A stretch of 62,879 bases of DNA, the filler included, from Octopus bimaculoides (Eukaryota): assembly GCF_001194135.2 (NCBI RefSeq). It is 7 parts of 7 records of this genome, joined end to end, with 100 filler letters (N's around TTAATTAATTAA, not from the genome) between each part and the next. Parts side by side here need not be neighbours in the genome. Positions count along the whole stretch, not along the records: positions 1 to 23,902 come from NC_069001.1; 6 more parts are not named here. One strand, given 5' to 3'. Under the pieces are notes generated by a model. That model saw only the letters and a program-made list of their open reading frames with translations. It did no database searches and was not told the DNA's origin. A program made the position numbers and the translations under genes. Shown here piece by piece: positions 1 through 12,039 of this stretch. The stretch's first letter is position 1, and the number at the start of each line of letters is the position of its first letter.

Positions 1-1924
1 GTGAAGCTTGGCACAGCTGTCCAGCCCATATCGACATGGAAAACAGATGTTAAACAATGATGATTGCATGATAATTATATAATACGTATATTGGTGCAGG
101 TGCATCTGTGTGGTTAAGAAACTTGCTTTTCAACCATCTGGTTTTGGGCTCAGTCCCACTGCACAGTACTTTGGGTTAGTGTCATCCACAATAGCCCTTG
201 GTCAACCAAAGTTTTGTGAGTGAATTTCGTTGACAGAAACTGGAAAGACGCCCATTCTGTGTGTGTGTGTCCTTGTCTAGACATGTGATGGTTGTCAATG
301 AGTATCATTATCATAAAAACAAGGTTGTGTTTCCAGTCTTTCATGAAAAACATGCCTAATCATGGGGAAAATATTACCTTGCTTGGAAACAGTTGAGGGT
401 TGGCAACAGAAAGGGCATCTGTCTGACCCATGGAAGCATGGTAATGACAGGTGAATCATCATCATCATGTTTTCCATGCTGGCATGGGTTGGACAGTTTG
501 ACAGGAGCTGGCCAGCCAGGAAGCTGTCTAAACTCCAAATTGTCTGTTGTGGCATGATTTCTACAGCTGGGTGCCCTTCCCTAACACCAACCACTTTACA
601 GAGTGTGCTTTTAACATACCACTGGCACAGATGCGTATACGCAGCACTGGCATGAGTGTAATTTTATGTGTCACTGGCACCTGTAAAGGACAAGCCTTTA
701 TGTATGGATGACCACAATTTTACTTAGCTTGATGCATCTTCTCAAGTACAGCAAATTGCCACAACTCCCAGTCCCTTGTCATTTCCTCAGTGAAGCTCAG
801 CATCCGAAGATCCTTTCTTACCATCCCTTAATTTTGTAAATAGAATTATAAGCCTTCACTGTATACTGGCCATAGAAAATAGTGTAATATCAGGGCATAT
901 AAACCCCAATAATGATTTTTAAAATGGCATTGGTGTGCAAGGGAATCGAACTCACACCTCTTATTTTAATGCTTGTTTTAAATTTGTTTTTAATTTTCTT
1001 TTCTTTTTTTTCNNNNNNNNNNNNNNNNNNNNNNNNNNNNNNNNNNNNNNNNNNNNNNNNNNNNNNNNNNNNNNNNNNNNNNNNNNNNNNNNNNNNNNNN
1101 NNNNNNNNNNNNNNNNNNNNNNNNNNNNNNNNNNNNNNNNNNNNNNNNNNNNNNNNNNNNNNNNNNNNNNNNNNNNNNNNNNNNNNNNNNNNNNNNNNNN
1201 NNNNNNNNNNNNNNNNNNNNNNNNNNNNNNNNNNNNNNNNNNNNNNNNNNNNNNNNNNNNNNNNNNNNNNNNNNNNNNNNNNNNNNNNNNNNNNNNNNNN
1301 NNNNNNNNNNNNNNNNNNNNNNNNNNNNNNNNNNNNNNNNNNNNNNNNNNNNNNNNNNNNNNNNNNNNNNNNNNNNNNNNNNNNNNNNNNNNNNNNNNNN
1401 NNNNNNNNNNNNNNNNNNNNNNNNNNNNNNNNNNNNNNNNNNNNNNNNNNNNNNNNNNNNNNNNNNNNNNNNNNNNNNNNNNNNNNNNNNNNNNNNNNNN
1501 NNNNNNNNNNNNNNNNNNNNNNNNNNNNNNNNNNNNNNNNNNNNNNNNNNNNNNNNNNNNNNNNNNNNNNNNNNNNNNNNNNNNNNNNNNNNNNNNNNNN
1601 NNNNNNNNNNNNNNNNNNNNNNNNNNNNNNNNNNNNNNNNNNNNNNNNNNNNNNNNNNNNNNNNNNNNNNNNNNNNNNNNNNNNNNNNNNNNNNNNNNNN
1701 NNNNNNNNNNNNNNNNNNNNNNNNNNNNNNNNNNNNNNNNNNNNNNNNNNNNNNNNNNNNNNNNNNNNNNNNNNNNNNNNNNNNNNNNNNNNNNNNNNNN
1801 NNNNNNNNNNNNNNNNNNNNNNNNNNNNNNNNNNNNNNNNNNNNNNNNNNNNNNNNNNNNNNNNNNNNNNNNNNNNNNNNNNNNNNNNNNNNNNNNNNNN
1901 NNNNNNNNNNNNNNNNNNNNNNNN

Positions 1925-1961
<37 letters not shown>

Positions 1962-2838
1962 GTATGTATGTATGTGTGTGTGTATAAACTGTTATTCTAG
2001 GGCAGTGCTCCAGCATTGCCTTAATTTTGATGGTTAAAACAAACAAACTAAAAAAATTAATTCTGAAAAGAATAATGACACCTTGACCAATAATGCCATA
2101 GATCTATTCTACAACAATAAATATTAAGAGTGGAGGTAAGTAGGTAGGTAGGTAGGTAGGTAACAGTTAAAACCATTTCATCATTAATAACCTGATAATG
2201 CTGCTTTCATATCCATTGTATTATACTATTATAGACGAGATAACCAGTTACATTTGCAGCATGGCTGTCAGACAATAATCTGCTCTGTTTTCTCAATAAC
2301 TGGCTCAGATGAACATTTTAATTAATGCACTTACACCAGCTACGTAACACCTAGAAATCATATAGAGAAGAATTGACTTAACATACACGCACATGCACAC
2401 ACGCAATAAGTGAGAACTTTATAAGTTGATGGATATTTATGGAACAGATGGAATTGTGTTATAGACATTTGATAAAATAAACTCAAAGGTTTTCAAATGG
2501 ATTCTCTCTTTCTTTGTCGTTGTATGGATAACAAACAGAATGAGATGATTTGGCAATGTGGACTTGACATTCAGCTTGCTTTGATCACAGTACTTTTAGA
2601 CATTAGAGACACACACACATGCATAGAAAGATACACATACAGATAGGAGTGAGAAAGAGATATATTACAATTTATTAATTGAACAGTTGACATAAACTCT
2701 TTCTCTCCCCTCAAATACATAATGAGAAATGTGCTCACACACATAAACAAAGGGAAAGGGGTTCATTACAATTTATTGATTGAACATGATTGACATCAAC
2801 ACTTTCCCTCCCTTCAAACAGAAATATGCTCGCACACA

Positions 2839-2876
<38 letters not shown>

Positions 2877-3354
2877 GAGAAAGGGTAGGGAGAGAATGAG
2901 AGACATCAAAAAAGTCTGATGTCAAATAAGTCAGCATTAATTCAGTGATGCCAAATAGGCGGCGCCAAAACAGCAGTGCTGAAACGTCTCACTCCCAATG
3001 ATGGACCAGGGTATCAAAACAACACAGTATATTCCAGCTACCAACTTATTTTACTGATTTGGTTTGATTTATGAATAAACCTAGACATTTAGTTTGTAAA
3101 ATTACTGCTAGTGTCTGAATGACTGTATATATCTGTACATGTATAATTTCCATAAGGGGAGTCTTATTGCTTATGGGGTTACTAAGGCACTAATATAGGC
3201 TGTCCTCATGTAGTGTATTTGGAGTAAAACAGCTTTGTAGAGTTGCTGCTCTACCTACAGGAGTATTGGAACTCGTTTTGTCAAGTTAGTGATTTTTCAT
3301 TACTCCCATCTGTTGTATTAAGCTCCACTGCACTGCTACTACTTTATGGTTTAA

Positions 3355-3744
3355 CTCTTTAGTATTCATATTATTCTGTCAGATGTAATATTTATTTATT
3401 CACATTGTTTAGAATTCATCAGGCATTATCTCATAGCTTTGAGATTTCGATGATGTGATTGTTTATTTTTAGAAATGATATTGTCAGGTACCGTATTTTA
3501 ACTTGTATAAGGAACCCTTTTTTGTCAAAAATTAGGTTTAAAAAATATGGGGGTTTCTCATACATGGATATTATTAATAGCCCTTACAAAACCTTTTTTC
3601 CTATTTTAAGCCCCCAAAATTGGTGGGGGGGGAGTCCTTATACACGTTAAAATACAGTAGGCGTGAGAGGCTGGATCTGGTTAGTTTGAACCTAGAATGG
3701 ATGGAATATTTGGGCCGGATTTGGCCGATTTAAATGCTAAAGAG
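3355..3744. mobile_element. piggyBac-type MITE (interrupted)
   Basis: TTAA at 3351-3354 and 3745-3748; inverted ends CTCTTTAGTATT / AATGCTAAAGAG. Confidence 0.7.
3491..3657. mobile_element. Tc1/mariner (Tc2-like) MITE nested in the piggyBac MITE
   Basis: TA on both sides; about 23-bp TIRs CCGTATTTTAACTTGTATAAGGA / TCCTTATACACGTTAAAATACAG (2 mismatches). Confidence 0.8.
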
Positions 3745-5722
3745 TTAAAGAACTGGGTTGTTGAGAGCTAAGTGTTTTCACTTTGAACTAGTTGATGTTG
3801 GTTGCAAGATATAGGCCATTATTAACATTTCGGCTGGTGCTTCAATACCTTATCAGCATAACTGTCTGTAGCTTGTGTGTCACATGCATGTATGTAGATG
3901 TGTGCGTGTGTGTATGTATGTAAATATAAGTGTATGTGTATGCCTCTGATTTTGTTGTGTGATGTCATCAGACAGCAGTTTTCTAAATGTGCATATAAAT
4001 CTTTTTAAGCACAATGATCCTCTTCATAACTTTGTAACAAATAAAATGGAAAAAAAAAAAAAAAATTCTGGTATTTATAGAAATTTTTATGCATAACATG
4101 CTTTTTGAATTGCTGGATTCACTGAGTTGAGTTTCTTTGATTTAAAAACTTTTTTATTTTTTATTTATACATCACCAAGACATGGTTGAGTGAAATTGTT
4201 GGTATATTATATTAAATGAAAGGAAATGAAACAGGTTAGCAAAGAGTAGATGTTTGCAGAAGACTATTTAACTTAAAAATTGATGTAATGCTCAATAAAA
4301 AAACATGTTATTTATAATCTTCAATAAATGTTTTAAATTTCTTTGTTTTTTTTTCTCTCTTTATTGTTATTTCTTGAATCATAAGTTTTATATCTGCTTT
4401 TCCATGGGTTAAACAAGTTGACATGTGCTCTTGATGTAGACCTCAAGGAGATTTAACATGACAAAGTTGGTCCTTTGAATTACAGGAACAAACACTTTTT
4501 GCCAGCTGAGTGGACTGCAGCAATGTAAAATAGTGTCTTGCTCAAGGACACAAAATGTGCCACTGGGAATCAGACTGACGACCTTAGAGCTGCAAGGTTA
4601 AACACTAAACCCAGAGCCTTCACTAGACTGCATATATGGAGACATCCCGAGCATAATGGTCGGAGGAAAACCAAATATGGATACATTATTCCTATTCTCC
4701 ATTGTACACCTGTTTTTCTATGCTTTCAGTGCAGCAATCTCCACGTGTCATGGCCATTTGTAATGTTCATGATGCAGGTGTGGCTGTGTGGTAAGATCAC
4801 TTCCCAACCACATGGTTCCGGGTTCAGTCCCACTGCATGGCACCTTGGGCAAGTGTCTTCTACTTTAGCCTCGGGCCAACCAAAGCCTTGTGAGTGGATT
4901 TGGTAGACGGAAACTGAAAGAAGCCTGTTGCATATATATATATGTATATATTTATGTGTGTGTTTGTCCCCAATCGCTTGACAACTGTTGTTGGTGTGTT
5001 TACATACCCTTAACTTAGCAGTTCAGCAGAAGAAACCAATGGAATAAGTACAAAGCTTACAAAGAATAAGTCCTGGGGTCGATTTCTTCAACTAAAAGGT
5101 GGTGCCCAGCATGGCACCATTCAAAAGACTGAAACAAGTAAAAGAATATACACAAATATTTTGGTGCATGACTTTTGGCCCACCCTGCTTGTGTGTGTGT
5201 GTCTGTGTTTGTACTCCTCACCACCACTGCTGGACAACTGGTGTTGGTGTGTTTACATCCCTGTAAGTTAGTGGTTCAGCAAAAGAGACCAACAGAACAA
5301 GAACCCTGCTTAACAAGAAAAATAAGTACTTGGGGTCGCTTCATTTGGCTAAAAAATAATTTTCCAAGGCGGTGCCCCAGCATGACCACAATCTAATGAC
5401 TGAAACAAGTAAAAGATCAAAGATGTATACACCCTTCAGTAATAATACACTAAGGGTTGAGTCAGTTTTATTATGTCCCATCATGTGTGGCTTTGTACCA
5501 AGTCAAGAAATCAATATTGAATCTATATAACATCATTTCCAATAAAGACAGTAATTTCGTTTGCTTAAGTGTTCCAAACCCTTCATGCTTGACCAACCAA
5601 AGCAATCCATTTATTAATGATATAATGATTTGAACCCAGTTCTATCAAAACAAAAAGTATTTCCATTAACAATTCTGATGTCATTAATGTTTATTTAATG
5701 GCTTTCCGTCTTTTCTTCACTT

Positions 5723-5736
5723 GTTACTATGACAAC
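5723..5736. promoter_or_regulatory. RFX X-box-like motif GTTACTATGACAAC
   Basis: 14/14 fit to the GTHNYYATRRNAAC consensus, in a small CpG-retaining patch. Confidence 0.4.
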
Positions 5737-6131
5737 GCAGGTGGAGATTTCTGAAAGAATCAAAACGACAGCAACAACAACACCTGTCCTTTCTGTACCT
5801 CACTATCATCATCCTTAGCACACGTCCGTCTGTCTGTCTGTTGTTTATTGCCAGTAAAGATGATTGAAAGAATAGCCATGACCGTAATGATTATAATAAC
5901 CTCAGGACGTGGCTTCAGTCCAGTGTCTGGAAACAATAAGATTATAAAATATTCTGTGTGTGTGTGTGTATTTATGTACATATGTATGTGCATATGTTGG
6001 TGTTTATGTAAATATATATATATATATGTATGTGAGATGAACTTAAGTGGCAATACACTTCACTTTATCATGCAGTTATTGTTAATACTTCATTTAGAGA
6101 ATTAACATTGCTTGTTTTCACTTTATATATA

Positions 6132-6240
6132 TATAGTTTTAGGGAAAATAACCAAGTTTCAAGAACTCATCGATGAAAATCCACTATAAATTGATTTTAA
6201 TTGAGTTTTTACCTGTAATTTTGGATTTTGTCCCTAATAT

Positions 6241-6278
<38 letters not shown>

Positions 6279-6341
6279 TGTGTGTATGTGTCTTTATATG
6301 TACTTGTATGTATGTATGCACATATGTACATACATACATGG

Positions 6342-6381
<40 letters not shown>

Positions 6382-6508
6382 ATATATAGTTTTAGGGAAA
6401 AGAACCCAGGTTCATGAACTCATCGATGAAAATCCACTGTCACATAATTTAATTTAATTGAGTTTTTACCTGTAAATTTGGATTTTTATCCCTAATATTA
6501 TTATCATT
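6132..6508. repeat. About 115-bp direct duplication separated by (TA)n/(TG)n
   Basis: TATAGTTTTAGGGAAAA...CCCTAATATTATTAT at about 6132-6245 and 6383-6508. Confidence 0.85.
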
Positions 6509-7370
6509 ANNNNNNNNNNTCATCTTTACAGAGCCATTTTTTATTCCCTGCTTATTCTAGGTCATACAGGGGTGATTGCATATTCAGAATCTCCCATATG
6601 TAAACTGTAGGAATACGAAAAATTTTTTACTGAAGAATTGCCGGGGGCGGGGGAGAAATTCATTGCATGCCAACCCCGGAAGTCACCGCAGGAAGCTTGC
6701 TTTGCAACCATATGAATCCGGTTTCAGTCCCACTGGCCAATATATATATTCCATGCTAGAATTGTTTTAGTTTCAACGCATGGTTTTAGGTCAAATCACT
6801 TTCCAGATAAGTACATCTCTGAAATTTCAAAAGACATGTAGATAGGTTTTAGCTAAGCCACTCTAAATAGATACTTTATCAAAGCTTTTTTTTTTTTTTT
6901 TTTAATGTTTTTGCAAATAGAAAATTCCCATAAAAGCTGAAGTGAGACATAATATGTCCTATTTATAAATGTCTGCATGTACATAATTTTATATCAGTCA
7001 ATTTGTGTAGAAACGATAAGTAAATCTCACTAAGACAAAATTTATTGCTTTATAATTAGGTGGAAAATTCTAGAGAAGATTTGATTCCTTTTTAAGCAAT
7101 AAAAATTAGAGAAAAGCATTAGAGTATTTCATGTTTATGCTTTTAGTCTTTATACTTTTGTCGCTAAAAATATTTATTTATTTGCTTGCTGACATTTTAT
7201 ATATCTTATATAGCCGTAGGAAAACAATACAGAATAATAAAGAAGAAAAATAAAAGCTGTATATAAATTTCAGAGCTGTTCTAGGAACTCTACCTTTAAA
7301 TGAACAATAAAACATGGACATGGAATCAGGTTATTGTCATATTTATTTCCTTTGCATCTCTTCTTTCACT

Positions 7371-7376
7371 TTTATT
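7371..7376 (-). terminator. Candidate polyadenylation signal AATAAA of the Tctex gene
   Basis: tttatt on plus, 17 nt past the stop codon; a second copy at 7342-7347. Confidence 0.45.
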
Positions 7377-7392
7377 GGTTTCAAAATGGATT

Positions 7393-7866
7393 CTACTCCA
7401 AATAAGTGGCAAACACAGAACAAATGACAAACAGATTCGAGTTGTTATATTTGACAACAACAAAATTATCGACTTCTTCATTCCAAAGGCAACGACTAGC
7501 CATCATGAAATGCTGGCTAAGATTTTGACCAATCAAAACATGAACCACGTATTTGTAGCGTTTCCAATACAGCAACTTGAGTTTCTCTTTGATTTCATCA
7601 GACATTTTTTTTACAAGAGATGGTGCTGCCTCTGCATTATAGATGGCATTGGCAAGATCCTCTGCTAGCATGATGTCTTTAATGATTCCCTCGACACAAT
7701 GAGGAATAAAACGTTGTGAAGGAGCAAGCTGGAAGGTATTTTCCAAATGCGGTGGTTTTAAAGGTTTCATTTCACTCAAATCCAAATTTCCATTTTTCTT
7801 CTTTCGAATTGCCATCCTGCCCATTGCACGGACATTCAGTCTCTTGAATATACTATTATCAGACAT
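7393..7866 (-). CDS. Tctex-1 domain dynein light chain (TCTEX1D/DYNLT family), 157 aa, single coding exon
   Basis: Motifs LENTFQLAP..F, RYKYVVHVLIGQ, ASRCLWNEEVDNF, NSNLFVICSVFATYLE*; in-frame upstream TAA; acceptor ttatag| just above 7922; AATAAA (minus) downstream. Orthologue (D1/D2/D4) cannot be resolved by eye. Confidence 0.93.
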   Translation of the reverse strand: MSDNSIFKRLNVRAMGRMAIRKKKNGNLDLSEMKPLKPPHLENTFQLAPSQRFIPHCVEGIIKDIMLAEDLANAIYNAEAAPSLVKKMSDEIKEKLKLLYWKRYKYVVHVLIGQNLSQHFMMASRCLWNEEVDNFVVVKYNNSNLFVICSVFATYLE

Positions 7867-8994
7867 TGTGGATGTGCAAAGAGTTCTTTACTTTTTGAAT
7901 TTAATGATGCTTGGCCAATGAGCTATAAATATAAGTGCATTTATTTTTTAATCATATGCATACATACATACATATATATCATTATTATTGTTATTATTAT
8001 CATTATTATTTGACTAAAAGACCTTAAAGCGAACTCCTTAATTTAATTTACTTGTTATTTATTGTTTATATGCAGAAAACCCATTGTATCGTCCCTTTTG
8101 TCTTTTACGTTGTTGCATGTCCTTTAATGTTAGTATATGTGAGCCCTCTTGGCTAATAAAAGAATTAATTATTATCATTATTATTATTATTATTAAGGTG
8201 GTAAGCTGGACAAAATGCTTAGCAGTATTTCGTCCAGCTTTACATTGTGGCCAATAAAAGAATAAATTATTGTTATTATTATCATAGCCTTTGTCCAGTT
8301 TCTAACGCTGGAGATGTACTATAGTGTCAGCTGTTCACTACCAGTGAACCAAGGTAACACCTCTTATTTTTTGAGAACCTTCTGAAGTATTCAAGCAGTT
8401 CCAAGCAGTGCTGTTTTCTGCAAGTGCTTCACCCTTAATGCAGCCCCTATTTGTTCCACGTACTTCTTGAGATGTTTGCTCACTGTTCCCAGGGCTCCTC
8501 AATTATTGGTACTACTGCTACCTTTTTCATCGACCACAACTGCTTAACTTCCCAAAGCCTTGTGAGTGGATTTGGTAGACGGAAACTGAAAGAAGCCCAT
8601 TGTATATATATATAGCGGTTCGGCAAAAGAGACCGATAGAATAAGTACTAGGCTTCCAAAGAATAAGTCCTGGGGTCATTTGCTTGACTAAAGGTGGTGC
8701 TCCAGCATGGCTGCAGTCAAATGACTGAAACAAGTAAAAGAGTGTAAAAGAGTAAAATGGAAATTTGTGAAAAAGAAAAAATATTTTTATTCTTGCCTGT
8801 TTTCTGTTATTTTTTTCATTTTTACTTTGTCTTTGTTACAGCTGAGACCAAATGCTTTGATAGCAAAATCCTCAAAAAATATAATAAAACAAAATAAATA
8901 AGTAAATAAATATAAAAATACAAGTACAACAACATATGTAAACAAACTTTTTTTTGTTGCTTTGCTTTTAGAAGCATGGAATGTGCATCGTATC

Positions 8995-9216
8995 ATACAG
9001 ACAAGAAAGTAGCATTTTGAATGCAATATAGCTGTGAAAACAGCAGAAAGATTGAGTATAAGATGGAAAAAGTTGTTAGCAGACAGTCATGGATACAGAT
9101 TCGAGTCCCATGGCTGACTGCTGACAACTTTTTCCATCTTATAAGGGCAGAATATCCAGTCTTTCTGCTGTTTTAACAGCTATTCTGTGTTCAAAATACT
9201 GCTTTCTTGTCTGTAT
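8995..9216. repeat. Long foldback (about 100-bp arms, 15-nt loop)
   Basis: Inner 36-bp stem TATAAGATGGAAAAAGTTGTTAGCAGACAGTCATGG / CCATGGCTGACTGCTGACAACTTTTTCCATCTTATA with 3 differences; outer arms also complementary. Confidence 0.9.
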
Positions 9217-11532
9217 AATGTAAAAAATATAAGTAATCGTGAATATAAGTGCAAGCATGACTGTGTGGTATAGAAGTTTTCTGTTTAGTGCAGTAACATT
9301 TAATTAATTGAATTAGCTCTTAATTAATAATAGCTGGTCACTAAAAACTACTTAAGTAATTACAAATATGATTAATGATAAAGACAGACAATATTATTAA
9401 CAGCATTCATAAACAATACCTTATTTCTGGCTGTTCTTTCTTTCTGGCTAAAAGAGTTATTTTATATTTTGGGAAATAGCAAAATCAAACAAGATCTTTA
9501 ACTTGTTTCAGCCATTAGACTGTGGCCATGCTGGGGCACCACTTTGAAGAATTTTTAGCCAAATGAATCAACTCAAGTACATGTTTGTTTGTTTGTTTGT
9601 TTTTAAAGCCTGGTACTTTATCTATCAGTCTACTAATTTACGGAGGACATAAACACACCAACACCGGTTGTCAAGCAGAAGTGGGGAACAAACACAGACA
9701 TAAAATCATACACACATATAGATATATGAATATATTTGATGGGTTTTCTTTCAGTTTCCATCCACCAAATCCACTCACAAGGCTTTGGTCAGCCTGAGGC
9801 TATGGTAGAAAACACTTGCCCAAGGTGCCATGCAGTGGGACTGAACCTGGAACCATGTGGTTGTGAAGCAAGCTTCTTACCACACAGGCCACTTCTGTGC
9901 CTATATAAGTTTTTCTTTTTTAATTTCTAAAATTATTTTATTAAAACCCTTTTTGATTGAAAGACAAAGTGAACTTTGTAAGATTTGAACTCAGAAAGAA
10001 TAAGTTCTATTATTGGTAATTCATAGAAGATGAGAGGAAGGAGCGGGTAGTATAATCAACTAATATTGACTGCATACATCACAGACAGATACCGTTTGAC
10101 GGTCCCAGAGAGGGATGGCAGTAAAGTGACTCCATGTGGGATTTGAACTCAGAAGTGTATGGGAAGTAAAGACTGGAAGATATCTAGTGAAGCAGCAGCA
10201 GCAACAACAAACAACAGCAACAATAACAACAAACACTACAACTACTATTACTACAATGACAACAACAACTACAATAACAATGCCAATGATGGTGACAACA
10301 ACAACAATAACAACAACATTGAATAAGAAAAAAGGAAAAGTGCGAGAAAATCTCTACTAACTGACAGGATCCATATTTTGTCCTATAATAATGTCCAGTT
10401 TCTCCTTTTCTGTGTGTCTGGATAGATTAATCTCTGGATAGATAGTCGGGGTATGATCCAAAAGGCTGAGCGTTATATAGTAACAGCAGCTGCAGCAGCA
10501 GCAGTAGTAGTAGTGATAGTGGTGATGGAAACTAGTGACAGTTATGGCTATGGCAACAATGATGCTGATGTTGCTGTTGTTTTACATGATAGAAACACTG
10601 AGGTGGTTTTTATTGAAAAAAAAAAAAAAATAGAACCAAATAATTAAAATAACGATGACAACAACCAACAATAAGTCTATCTAATTTTGGCGCAAGGCCA
10701 GTAATTTTGAGGAGAGGGAGAAGGAAAGTCGATTATATCAACCCCACTACATGACTGGTACTCTATTTTTTTTACTGGAACTTTTTTTTATCAGTGAAGG
10801 CACATGGCTTAGTGGTTAGGATATTTGGATCATGATTGTAAAGTACTGAGTTCAATTCCCAGGAATGTGTTGTGCCCTTGAGCAAGACACTTTATTTTAT
10901 ATTACTCTGGTTCAACCAGGTGGCTAAAATGAATAGTATCTGTATTTCAAAGGGCCCAGTCTTGTCACATTCTGTGTCACGCTGAATCTCCCTGAGAACT
11001 ACGTTAAGGGTTCACATGTCTGTGGAGTACTCAGCCACTTGCACATTAATTTCAGAAGCAGGTTGTTCCTTTGATTGAATCAACTGGAACTTATTTTGTC
11101 GACCCCAAAAGGATCAACAGCAAAGTTGGTCTTTGCGGAATTTGAAATCAGAATGTTAAGAGCTGGAAGAGATGCTATTAAGCATTTTGTCTGATGCACC
11201 AATGATTCTGCTATCCACTGTATCATTGTTCTACCACCATGTCACCTTTGGTATAGCAGGAACTTTCACCAGCTTGACATCTGATCTGCAACCTTCAACA
11301 AGAGCATACAAAAACCTCATCATTTATGCTACAAATCTCAACCACATTTACTTTGATTTTAAGGATGTCAATTAGAATTTTGCTAAACCCATGAACTAGC
11401 TGTGGATTCTTTTAGCTTCAATGTCTACTTTCTCCAGATTATCTACCTCTGAGCCTACCCAGCTCTAACTCTGAAGTCATTAATCACTAATCTATGTTAT
11501 GTAGTACATTCTTCATCAGGAAAGTTTTAGCA

Positions 11533-11654
11533 TTTACAATGGTTTGCCTATGTTGAAAGCATTGGTTCTCATCCAATCACTGAAGTCAAGCAACGTCGAG
11601 CCTAGTTAGGACTTAGATGCGTGACTGCTTGGGAAGCCTAGGTGCTGTAAGCAT
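11533..11654 (+). pseudogene. 5S rRNA pseudogene
   Basis: GTTGAAAGCATTGGTTCTCATCCAATCACTGAAGTCAAGCAACGTCGAGCCTAGTTAGGACTTAGATGCGTGACTGCTTGGGAAGCCTAGGTGCTGTAAGCAT follows metazoan 5S colinearly, with many CpG-type transitions and a mutated box C. Confidence 0.85.
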
Positions 11655-11921
11655 TCTTTATGTGAAGATACATGGCTCAGTGGTTAGAGCGTTGGACTCA
11701 CAATCATGATGTAGTGAGTTCGATTCTCGGACTGGGCTGTGTTGTGTTCTTGAGCAAGAACTGCACTAAGGGTATGCATGTCTGTGGAATGCTCAGCCAC
11801 TTGCACATTAATTTCATATGCTGTTCCATTGATCAGATCAACTGGAACCCTCGTTGTCGTAACCAATGGAGTACCAGTTATACTATGTGAGTGTTTCCCT
11901 AATTCTGCACCACAAACTTAC

Positions 11922-11962
11922 ATGTGTAGTGACGACATTTGGTGCCAAAATACAGTCGCCAT
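11922..11962 (-). CDS. Candidate first exon MATVFWHQMSSLH + AT (or 5' UTR exon with uORF) of an unidentified minus-strand transcript
   Basis: gcagtaATGGCG start context immediately beside the promoter and consensus donor CAT|GTAAGT; product not recognised. Confidence 0.35.
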
Positions 11963-11975
11963 TACTGCGTTTTCA

Positions 11976-12039
11976 TCCACGCATGCGCAGGGAATAGTTC
12001 CGGAAGGAACACAGGAAGAGTCCCATGCGCATGCGTGGA
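11976..12039. promoter_or_regulatory. Symmetric CpG-rich promoter with two inverted NRF1-like sites flanking a palindromic ETS core
   Basis: Perfect 14-bp inverted repeat TCCACGCATGCGCA (11976-11989) / TGCGCATGCGTGGA (12026-12039); TTCCGGAA at 11998-12005; local CpG enrichment in CpG-poor surroundings. Confidence 0.65.

Noticed and set aside
912-2046. Long ORFs in the track spanning N runs (also about 21130-22069, 26141-26815, 27733-29166, 37285-38065, 41568-42311, 49426-50478, 52533-53825)
   Set aside because: They are open only because N codons translate as X; flanks are (TA)n/(CA)n microsatellites
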